Shown: in pieces, positions 57,901 through 64,000 of the stretch | How the letters are laid out: each line of letters starts with the position of its first letter | Position numbering within the stretch: position 1 is the first letter of the stretch | NCBI GenBank assembly: GCA_965649765.1 | Contig: OZ287750.1 | Location: 47,864,001-47,928,000, forward strand | Source: Bispira polyomma | Taxonomy: Eukaryota | Direction of reading: 5' to 3' | DNA: 64,000 nucleotides | Position numbers and translations under genes: made by a program | The notes under the pieces: generated by a model | What the model was told of the DNA's origin: nothing | Databases searched by the model: none | Seen by the model: the letters and a program-made list of their open reading frames with translations, nothing else

Positions 57901-60831
57901 TTGTATCTGATCTTATAACCCGTGATGATGCCGTTCTGAGCCTCTTTGGGTGGGGGTTCCCACCTCACTACAATAGTCTGCCAAAACAATTAACTTTAGT
58001 TTAGTTTGGGTTTAATGTCACTTTCAACATGTCTTGTGTCAGATCATATCAGGGAAGCCCACTGGTAGGGGAAATCAGAGTAGTTAGGTCAAGGTTTTCT
58101 GCTCTGCGAACCACCGGCTTTTAGAAAGTCTACTGTCAAATTTCCCAAATACATGCCGGGCACAGATTGGAACCCATGGCTGTAGAGGTTGGAGGAGGGT
58201 GTTACTACTACACCATTAAAGACCCTGTTAAAACAGTACACATCATACAGACTCAAGAGATGGATGAAATCAATGAAACTGATGAGTAATGGATTCTAGT
58301 TATTTTGTCAGATAAAAAGAGCATTCTATAGCCAATGTAGCTTAAGTATTTGACCTCAAGTAACTGCCAAGGTTAAGTCAAGGTTAAGTCCATGTATATC
58401 TTACCATTAATATCTGTGGTATAAAAAGTTAAATAGATTACTACTCCTCCTGGAATACTTAAATAAATCCAGGTCCCTTGAAGAGAAAAAAAAAAAAATA
58501 TCATAAAACACATTTTAGTACAGTTCTGATAAGAGTATGTCAAATTCCATCCTTTTGACAACTACAAATAGTTTCTCTTCATACTACATAAATGAAAGAA
58601 TTTGACCCCTTGACAGGAAATCTAAAAGATTTATCATATAGCAACAAAAACAAAAAAAATTGGACAAGTGTTTCATTTCAAGGCAATAACAACTTCTACA
58701 ATTTGGAACTGGCAGGAAATTTAAAGGGGATAGGAGAAACAATCACAGTCCTCCAACATTTCTAGTAGTATGGCTGTTTATTGACACACTTTTGAACTTG
58801 GTTTTTTTTTTTACTTTTTTCTCTAAACAAATTTCATTTGCATGGAGCAATTTGTTAGACCTATACATCAAACATCTTTTTTTTTCTCATCTGGGGAAGT
58901 CAGATTTGGCCTCCCTTGTTTGACAGATATCCCAATCACACACTAAAAGGCAGCATGGGCACTCCAACCCTCAAAATGTAAAGAGAGATGTGTAAAGTGG
59001 AAACTCTCCACCACACCATTCAAACTCCATGCCATGTTAATTTTTTTTTAATTTATTGTTTCTGTATAAAAAAAAAAATGTATTATTATATTTTTTTTTA
59101 ATGCCAGTAGAATATCCCCAAGAGGTTTGATATAAAATCTCACTGATATTTCATTCAGAGAATTTTTTTTTTTTTTTTTTTGCCTCTCTTTAATTCTCGG
59201 CAAAAGAATGATGCTGATAGAAGGAAAGAACAAAAATTTGCGTTAATTTTTTGTGTGTTCTACTCAGTATAAATACCCTGCCATATATCACCAAAAGGTC
59301 CCTAATGTTTACTTGTTCTTTTTATAGCACTGCATCCAACTCCCCCACCCCCCCCCCACCCCCTCCAAAAAAAAATTATTTTATTGATTAATTTACAGGA
59401 TTACACTGTACTCGACTCGGTTTTTTATAATTATTATTATTTTTCCCTTTACTATTTTTCAGTCCACTCCCTTGATATTATGGCTGTATTTGATTGACAC
59501 AGCAATCAGAATTACCACCTAGACTGTGGCAGTGATGTATCTGTAATGCCCTAAAGTTTAAATGGGCTTCTGTGGGGTTTTTTCTTCACTGATGATGTCC
59601 CTTAAATAGATACAATACTTACAGTAGAGCTGACAGCCTCCAGTGTAAAGTTCTGAGGGGCTAAAGACGGAACTGAAAATATACACATAAATTGTTCAGG
59701 GAGTCCTGTTTATTAATCATAAAATAAATACCAAAATATAGGGCACACAATGAATACTGCTGATGTATATTACAGTGAAACCTCTATTATCTGAACATGT
59801 TGGGAGAGCAAGATTTTATTCTGTTAATAGAAAGGTTATAAAATAGACAAAGCATTTTACCATCAAACAATAGGAAAAGATTAAAAAAACTGGAGAGTGA
59901 AAATGAGTTCATAAAAACAAATATTACAATAGTAGTTTGGATAATAGAGGTTCTACTGTATTATCATCACACTTTCATGATGATGCACTAGCATCAAGCG
60001 GTAATTTTAGGGGTAGTAATTTATCACAGCATAATTCAATTTCAAGGTCTAGGAACAGAAAGAGGTTATTTTAAATGAGCAGTTATCTTAAGATATTAAT
60101 GCCTCTCGCAAGTGTTGGCAAAGATAAAATTTTAGGGGTTGGAAAATCAGTCTTTCCAATATTTAGAGCTCACTTACTGGGCTTGAAATTGCATTGTTTT
60201 AAACTTGTCTTTTCCATTGATATCCTAAGAACATGCGAGAACTCCTTTCCAACTCTTAGTAATAAAGAAAGTAAGTACCAGAAATATATTTAAATATAGG
60301 CAAGAACACCACCAAAATATACAAATTTATTTTATAGATATGTATCAGGAAGATTTGGTCTAGATGCTTGATGAATAAAGAAAACAGAAAAGCCATTTTA
60401 ATAACAACCAAAACTTGACAATCTAAACTTGGGAGTTAAGACACTAGTTAATACTATAACTGAAAATTCTAATGATAAAAGTTCGGAAAATAGTATTTGC
60501 AAACTAACCCTAGTTGAGGTTATTCAGTGCTGACATCACTTACCATCAGAATACGTCCTGGCTGCCACCTCTTCAGTGGGGCTCCCTGCTCCGTTCTGGT
60601 TATAGGCCACAACATGGAAGTTATAGTTGGTAAACTCATCCAGTCCAGACAGCGTGTACTCCGCTTCACTCACTTCCACTGTGTGCTCCTTCTTCTCGCC
60701 ATTTTTGTAATAGATCACGTGGTACTTGGAAATTACCCCGTTTGGGTTGGACGGAGCATCCCACTTCAGATAGATAGCCATGGAGGACTTGGTCTCCGCA
60801 TTCAGATTACGCGGGGGACCGGGAACATTTA
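15834..60831 (-). CDS. NEO1: Neogenin/DCC/frazzled (UNC-40) family netrin receptor, spliced, 5'-partial (Ig1-4 and FN1 not found in the window, presumably upstream of it). Exons: 60544-60831, 59623-59672, 57833-57977, 56221-56331, 54666-54860, 52989-53087, 45730-46050, 43226-43333, 36548-36745, 35429-35500, 34610-34702, 33986-34127, 33132-33328, 32548-32592, 30849-30899, 29969-30073, 28478-28654, 27708-27797, 25963-26226, 19198-19316, 15834-15932
   Basis: Five consecutive FN3 domains, a TM helix, and the diagnostic cytoplasmic motifs P1 (LKPPDLWIHHEQVELK), P2 (NPLKSFAVPGPP) and P3 (EELTAEMANLEGLMKDLNAIT). All exons have AG acceptors and GT donors (one GC) with matching phases and no internal stops. 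The single invertebrate gene is co-orthologous to vertebrate DCC and NEO1 (fra/unc-40). Confidence 0.97.
19198..19316 (-). CDS. NEO1: Penultimate exon (VKPQASSPYKKPNPPVSGSSASRKDQLDSSLRSDTDSDIP)
   Basis: ttttggttacag acceptor, CCG|gtaggt donor, 119 nt, phase 1-0. Confidence 0.88.
20905..21079. mobile_element. Tc1/pogo-type MITE, second subfamily (relatives near 19528-19646, 27314-27489, 37900-37971)
   Basis: TA|CAGTTGAAACCCCTTTAA...TTAAAGGGTTGCAACTG|TA. Confidence 0.75.
21665..22038 (+). mobile_element. Small HINE/pearl-like element (ACAAG start, ~1.5 core repeats, terminal hairpin)
   Basis: Duplicated ctataggttggtttcaca..ccaaacatct..gaccaat block; tttgacctt...aaggtcaaa inverted motif. Confidence 0.55.
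22255..22650. repeat. ~180-bp tandem repeat, ~2.2 copies
   Basis: tttttgtcccg...tctagtct...gcttggt.aagtttt.gaaagctagtata...ttcctaaatggg occurs twice. Confidence 0.75.
22754..22860. mobile_element. PIF/Harbinger-type MITE, same family as 25411
   Basis: Same 107-bp body, CAG flanks. Confidence 0.8.
23095..24960 (+). mobile_element. Satellite-bearing Helentron/HINE-like element, copy A: ~7.5 x 142-bp monomers, ~780-bp unique arm, (GCG)n, 3' hairpin
   Basis: Monomer starts near 23102, 23244, 23388, 23530, 23672, 23814, 23957 and 24098; ends taagtgcccttttcaagggacgcttaatt. Confidence 0.8.
25411..25517. mobile_element. PIF/Harbinger-type MITE, near-palindromic
   Basis: TIR GGGCCGTATTC...GAATACGGCCC flanked by a CAG/CAG 3-bp TSD. 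Confidence 0.85.
25963..26226 (-). CDS. NEO1: P2 motif exon (GAQSPLESPAY...Q/P-rich...GNPLKSFAVPGPPGVISQGVLPKHI)
   Basis: PLKSFAVP motif; tctctacag acceptor, G|gtatct donor, 264 nt, phase 1-1. Confidence 0.94.
27708..27797 (-). CDS. NEO1: Candidate cytoplasmic cassette exon (ESCYSSTLERQRPKAHFDQLKKHGSTPGLT); not in ORF track
   Basis: cctattgcag acceptor, CAG|gtggat donor, 90 nt, symmetric phase 1, GC-richer than flanks, stop-free. Confidence 0.7.
28478..28654 (-). CDS. NEO1: Cytoplasmic exon (PIATAIPNGQLMVSDEEEDDHSGVGHPTPIRPIYPRTQY...SQPSS)
   Basis: tatttgcag acceptor, G|gtaaag donor, 177 nt, phase 1-1. Confidence 0.88.
29969..30073 (-). CDS. NEO1: Cytoplasmic exon (DRSYDSRDTERYHRTPVRSKPIMISVEQPPPPRE)
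   Basis: ttcctgtag acceptor, C|gtaagtc donor, 105 nt, phase 1-1; RxKPIMI resembles the DCC/NEO1 R-x-K-x-[IM]-[IM]-P segment. Confidence 0.9.
30206..30550. mobile_element. Longer Harbinger-type MITE nested in an older repeat
   Basis: GGGCTGTATTC...GAATACGGCCC TIRs, CAG TSD, internal ttctaagaa/ttcttagaa motifs. Confidence 0.8.
30849..30899 (-). CDS. NEO1: Candidate 51-nt cytoplasmic exon (G/S-PSLSRKASVTETLSRP) with non-canonical GC donor, or a terminal exon reading to TAA at 30844-30846
   Basis: Strong acceptor cttttcatttcatgtag; in frame; CAG|gctaac gives symmetric phase 1; G-runs immediately downstream. Confidence 0.5.
32548..32592 (-). CDS. NEO1: Candidate 45-nt cytoplasmic cassette exon (SVSQSSTLRRAPYFP); not in ORF track
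   Basis: cttttatttataacaaacag acceptor, CAG|gtattt donor, symmetric phase 1, stop-free. Confidence 0.6.
33132..33328 (-). CDS. NEO1: P1 motif exon (GSYVQANTKPSVNVLKPPDLWIHHEQVELKSIDK...RRNSFI)
   Basis: KPPDLWIHHE motif; cag acceptor within AAG-CAG-AAG, A|gtaagtg donor, 197 nt, phase 2-1. Confidence 0.95.
33986..34127 (-). CDS. NEO1: Transmembrane exon (EASSKKNSFPPLILYISIACVAGVTVIAVAVVSFIMCRRRRNENIRK)
   Basis: tattatacag acceptor, GG|gtcagt donor, 142 nt, phase 1-2; hydrophobic stretch followed by CRRRR stop-transfer. Confidence 0.95.
34173..34405 (-). mobile_element. tRNA-derived SINE (Meta-SINE-like); further copies at 41965-42178, 57996-58225 and 60858-61045, partials near 35840, 19025 and (plus strand) 4905
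   Basis: Degenerate A/B-box head, central ctggtttcct core, tgttgaaagtgac.tt/caaacccaaac tail shared by copies. Confidence 0.75.
34610..34702 (-). CDS. NEO1: Candidate cassette stalk exon, highly charged (DGTHKNKDFDIDKYFEDREKDLKEEEKQKKE); not in ORF track
   Basis: ggttttcag acceptor, G|gttggt donor, 93 nt, symmetric phase 1, purine/GAA-rich, stop-free. Confidence 0.65.
35429..35500 (-). CDS. NEO1: Extracellular stalk exon (SEGNGGGRVAIPTDYGTVTNGYPR); not in ORF track
   Basis: ctatctttag acceptor, G|gtaagta donor, 72 nt, symmetric phase 1, GC-richer than flanks, stop-free. Confidence 0.8.
36548..36745 (-). CDS. NEO1: Neogenin/DCC exon, FN3-6 second part (GYVVLYTTD...TTYFFKVQARNKQGMGPVSPTVLYRTPN)
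   Basis: cacactag acceptor, A|gtaagtg donor, 198 nt, phase 1-1. Confidence 0.95.
38655..38857 (+). mobile_element. L2-type LINE/SINE 3' end with (GATTA)n tail
   Basis: AGATTAAGCGCTATAAAAGT followed by (GATTA)5; same terminal motif as the 46820 element. Confidence 0.6.
43226..43333 (-). CDS. NEO1: Neogenin/DCC exon, FN3-6 first part (APASAPRDLTPVGVPKNPTAVTLSWQPPRQANGLIT)
   Basis: tatttacag acceptor, G|gtagc donor, 108 nt, phase 1-1. Confidence 0.95.
43710..43962. repeat. Two clusters of ~15-bp direct repeats (ggacaaaat.. and aaaaat..ccatca), probably DNA-transposon subterminal repeats
   Basis: ggacaaaa x4 at 43711-43780; ccatca x7 at 43860-43962. Confidence 0.6.
44322..45588 (+). mobile_element. 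Related HINE-like element with ~169-bp monomers (~5.5 copies), GACG-type microsatellite and 3' stem-loop
   Basis: gctctatctcgcacgg near 44330, 44475, 44644, 44815, 44974 and 45144; perfect 12-bp stem tatgtccacccc/ggggtggacata at 45559-45588. Confidence 0.8.
45730..46050 (-). CDS. NEO1: Neogenin/DCC exon, FN3-5 (DEEVSTPMIPPVGLKARVMSS...[33 protein letters not shown])
   Basis: tttttcag acceptor, G|gtaaag donor, 321 nt, phase 1-1; PMxPPVG, RYYTVR and KGRRxSTWS motifs. Confidence 0.96.
46040..46207. repeat. ~42-bp degenerate tandem repeat (4-5 units) spanning the FN5 exon splice acceptor
   Basis: tgacctc.tcatct.aaa...actt(a/g)gcatta(a/g)gacc repeated. Confidence 0.8.
46820..47160 (-). mobile_element. 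L2-clade LINE 3' end
   Basis: FGHSFAFDAPIV*NALPDVIRASPSLACFRKQLKT on the minus strand; AGATTGAGCACGATAAAAGT terminus. Confidence 0.8.
47907..48763 (+). mobile_element. Related HINE-like element with A/T-expanded interior
   Basis: aagcgtccc ... gggacgcctaatt subterminal inverted motif; two copies of the gctctatct..gcaccgtttc.gagata box. Confidence 0.65.
49025..50811 (+). mobile_element. Satellite-bearing Helentron/HINE-like element, copy B (~6 monomers of 142 bp)
   Basis: Same monomer and a near-identical unique arm (50037-50811 vs 24181-24960); same terminal hairpin. Confidence 0.8.
51519..51888. mobile_element. Possible Kolobok-type MITE
   Basis: ttaaagctgcg ... cgctgcttta termini; CpG-richer interior with internal repeats. 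Confidence 0.45.
52989..53087 (-). CDS. NEO1: Neogenin/DCC exon, FN3-4 end (EPGTPYVISIKAWNNQGEGRPRLEEESTRSEQS); not in ORF track
   Basis: tctctttag acceptor, G|gtcagt donor, 99 nt, phase 1-1; YVISxKAxNNxGEG motif. Confidence 0.93.
54666..54860 (-). CDS. NEO1: Neogenin/DCC exon, FN3-4 first part (ESTVPGQPASLTTRPQTNSIMVGWIPP...RGYILGYGKGIPD...)
   Basis: ttgacag acceptor, G|gtaagc donor, 195 nt; RGYxxGYGxGxP motif of the netrin-binding FN4. Confidence 0.95.
56221..56331 (-). CDS. NEO1: Neogenin/DCC exon, FN3-3 end (ELERGAVYQVRVAALNVNGSGVPTDWESANTYQYDLD); not in ORF track
   Basis: ttttcag acceptor, G|gtaagc donor, 111 nt, phase 1-1. Confidence 0.94.
57833..57977 (-). CDS. NEO1: Neogenin/DCC exon, FN3-3 middle (TIVVRWEPPPKEAQNGIITGYKIRYKK...SFALA)
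   Basis: ttttggcag acceptor, G|gtagac donor, 145 nt, phase 0-1. Confidence 0.94.
59623..59672 (-). CDS. NEO1: Neogenin/DCC exon, start of FN3-3 (VPSLAPQNFTLEAVSST); not in ORF track
   Basis: attttcag acceptor, gtaagt donor, 50 nt, phase 1-0; joins flanking exons in frame. Confidence 0.93.
59773..59958. mobile_element. Tc1/pogo-type MITE (representative; relatives near 13562-13732, 28183-28343, 31455-31659, 39224-39570, 53125-53302, 54417-54592)
   Basis: TA|CAGTGAAACCTCTATTATC...GATAATAGAGGTTCTACTG|TA. Confidence 0.85.
60544..60831 (-). CDS. NEO1: Neogenin/DCC exon, FN3-2 (NVPGPPRNLNAETKSSMAIYLKWDAP...VVAYNQNGAGSPTEEVAARTYSD)
   Basis: ttctcacag acceptor, G|gtaagtg donor, 288 nt, phase 1-1; typical FN3 W/Y/LxxxTxY/VxAxN pattern. 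Confidence 0.95.
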
Positions 60832-63784
60832 CTGTGAGAAAAATACAAGGAGTTAAAATTAGTCGGGTTTAATTGCATTCTCAATAATAAAACGACCGTG
60901 TATTATATTGCTACAGGATTTTATTGGTGGTGTAAAGCAGAACAGGGTAGTTGTTCAAAATGTCTAAATCGAAAACCATACAATTCTATAAGTTTCCCAC
61001 GTATATGCTGGGCCAAGGTTTGAGAGGCGAGAGGATTACCGCTATATTGCTGAGCACTTACTACCACACCCCAATACCAGGATGAGGAGATTACAACATT
61101 TTAATTGGACATCAGGTGATATTTGCTATATAAGCTCAATTTGAAATAGCTCTTTTGCATAAGGAACACTTCGTAATATAAGAGAATATGACAGAGTAAC
61201 AATAAGCCTACACTTCCATGTGTCAGATATTTATTGGCTGGTGTCGGCCGACATTAGCCAATATTTTTTGCACCCAATACTTACAGTGTAGACACTTTTA
61301 TGTGTCAGATTATATACAGCAGATGAGATTAGATGTCGACAAAAGCGAAAGATTTTTTTCCATCAGGGAGTCAAAAGATCGGCACATCAGTCTTTTTTTC
61401 TGCAATATGTATTTTTTTTAGGTTTTTCCGATGAAATATGACTAGCAGAAACATATTTTTATCGGCTGCATGGAAGCATAAATCGGCCAGCGTCTGACCA
61501 AAAAAATGATTTGCTCAGCATATATAACATCGGCGACATAGTACTTTAGGCTAAATTGAAAATCCGAATATATGTGACAAGATAATTAAAGTACTATGGT
61601 TCTGCAAAATAAAATGTTTATATATTCTATCCACACATCTAGATAAAGTGTACTGTAGTTTATCATAGGCTCACCTTTAGTTTACTACTTTACTATATTA
61701 TCAAACTTTTGCTGTTACTTTTCACAGATAGGTGTTGTAACTTGGTGGGGAGTACATGTGTGTAAAACATATTTCACTGGAAATATACTCAACAGACAAG
61801 GAAAAAACTTGTGGCAAAGGAGTGTGAAATTGTGTGAAGATTTGCAACACATATCGTAACACCTATTTCCGTGCATAACTGAATGTGAGCTTGTAAAAAT
61901 ATTTGTAAACACGAGAGAACTCAGTAAACTTAAGATAGGATTACATATTCTGTAAAAAGACAAGAATAAAAAGAGCAGAATTATGGAAATAAAAGAAACA
62001 CTTAAATTAATGCATCATCACTGCAGATTACCATTCTGACAAATGAGGCCATACACACACAAAGCCTGATGCAGGTATACATGTTACTAAAATAAAAAGT
62101 TGAAAACACATTACATTTATGCATTATCAACAAATCTGGTACATATCAAGGTATTATCAAAAACGAAATTCTGTACATACAACATATAGTCACTAAATCA
62201 CTACATTATTACGTTTATTCTGATAACTACCACTCTTTCCCTTTTAAGGAGTCTTACACAATAGAATACTGGGTCCTTGTAGTCATAAAAGGTCTTCGTC
62301 TAACTTAGCCTCAATCTTAAGATTTTGGTATTAGTCCCAGTGACAGGAAGAAAACATTGTTGCTTAGTGGTAACTTTGCACTTAACACTAAATTAAAAGT
62401 AGGTAGTCTTTAATATTTTAGACATAAAACTTAAGCCTAAGACCCTTTGCGAATACGACCCTTGAAGAATAGTAAGTGGTTGCGTAGCTCAAGTCTCAGC
62501 TTGGTATATTAACAATTTATTCCATCAAAAAGTCGTAGCAAAAACCAAGCGTTCCTGTTTTGTTAATGAATGTGGAAGCTGTAAATCCAACTCTTATTTA
62601 ACTACCTGTTAAAAATTAAAAAGTACATTTTTTTTTTTAGCTTTTTCATGATTGTATACGGTAAAGCCACAAATATTTTAACTCAATTTGTTCCACAAAT
62701 TCAGGCATATCTGGGACGCACCTATAACTGCATGGATTTCTAAGCAAATGAATACGGTAACTTATGTTTCATGTATTAATGGACACTTTTACCTGTTGTG
62801 TATATAAGAGAGTTTTATCCAACTTTAAGTGCCGAGATAGACATATTTATTTTTGTTATAGCTATAGCAGAGCATTAAAGTTAATGGTCTATCCAAACAA
62901 AGCTCTTGCAGGAAATGAAAGGCTAAATTGTGATGAGAGTTCTTATTAATTCAATGCCACACTGTTATGCCTTTATGTTCTTATTTTCTCTGCAAATAGA
63001 AACTTTTTTTCAACATGATGAAGGAATATGCAGACCACACGTATGTAACACAGCACTATTAACATAGGAATGTTGTGAGCTTAACTCCCAAGGTGACTTG
63101 TGAAAAGAAAAAGACATATAATGTCTGCTCTATCAATATCCCTTCAAATAAATAACTGCAACTCAATTTTTTATTAAAAAAAGATAAGGATTTAATTATA
63201 AATATGATTGATTTCTCAGTTATTCTTAGTGAAATATGTTTTGCTCGTGGCCAACCATTCAAATATAACTTTGTACAAAAGATGTTTTTCAACATTCTTT
63301 CCAACATTCAAGGCTTGTGTTTTAAATGCGTTCAATGTATAACCAGGCTAAATTTCCCCAGCACAAATGCTTTATACAGGGAATTGAACCTTAAGTAAGA
63401 TCTCAAAACAGATTAATGGCACCAAATATATATACTTTAGTAGGAATTGGGGTACACAGGTATAGATTTAACTGGAATAGCTTTTAGAAGCAACTCAACC
63501 ACTACTTAAAAGGAAAATGTGCTGCACAATTATACAAAAGTGGATTTGACTGTATAATGTACTCGGTGACTAAGAATGTGGTAAATTTTAAAAAATACTC
63601 TGTTATCACCTTTGCGGAACTAGATTAATAGTAACTTACTGCTAATATTATAATATGCTATGCTACTCTTCTTTGCTGACATTGTATTCTTTCCCTTTAA
63701 TACAATTTAACAACATTACAAATTTTGTCTATATTTGCAGATTAAACTTCATGAAAAACATAAACTTGTTATATTATTTATGCA

Positions 63785-64000
63785 ATACCTTCATCCTAAG
63801 TGTGGACATTGATTGTGACTGGCCTGCCTACTTAACTTAAACCATGAGCTTGTTACATACAAAGTACCTGCATCCTTAGTGAGAACATTGATTGAGACGG
63901 TCCTGCCTACTTAACTAAAATCATGGACTTGTTATATAAACAAAGTACCTTCATCCTTAGTGAGGACATTGACTGAAGCTGCTCTGCCTACTCAACTTAA
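63785..64000. repeat. ~80-bp tandem repeat, at least 2.7 copies, runs off the window
   Basis: tacct.catcct.agtg..gacattga.tg....ctgcctact.aact.aa occurs three times. Confidence 0.85.

Noticed and set aside
60832-64000. Upstream FN1/Ig exons of the receptor
   Set aside because: No FN3- or Ig-like exon with splice sites was found; the region appears intronic.

Overview
AT-rich, intron-rich animal genomic DNA, most likely lophotrochozoan/mollusc (inferred from the repeat landscape and the protostome-type receptor C-terminus). It is not prokaryotic, and no CRISPR array, rRNA gene or functional tRNA gene was found. Most of the window (60831 down to 15834, minus strand) holds the 3' two-thirds of a netrin receptor gene of the DCC/neogenin/frazzled/UNC-40 family: FN3 domains 2-6, stalk, transmembrane helix and cytoplasmic P1, P2 and P3 motifs. 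I assembled 21 frame-compatible exons by hand (about 990 codons), ten of them absent from the ORF track. The stalk and the P1-P2 linker are built entirely of symmetric phase-1 exons, and there is a candidate 12-nt microexon inside FN6. A second minus-strand gene, invisible to the ORF track because it runs off the left edge, starts at 499 with an N-myristoylation-type MGxxxS. Between the genes is a 2.7-kb element with the complete cis-architecture of a DIRS1-type tyrosine-recombinase retrotransposon (inverted termini plus an internal complementary region). It has no recognisable intact ORF and carries a ~96-bp tandem array. Introns contain satellite-bearing Helentron/HINE-like elements, Tc1/pogo- and Harbinger-type MITEs, tRNA-derived SINEs and L2/CR1 LINE 3' ends.
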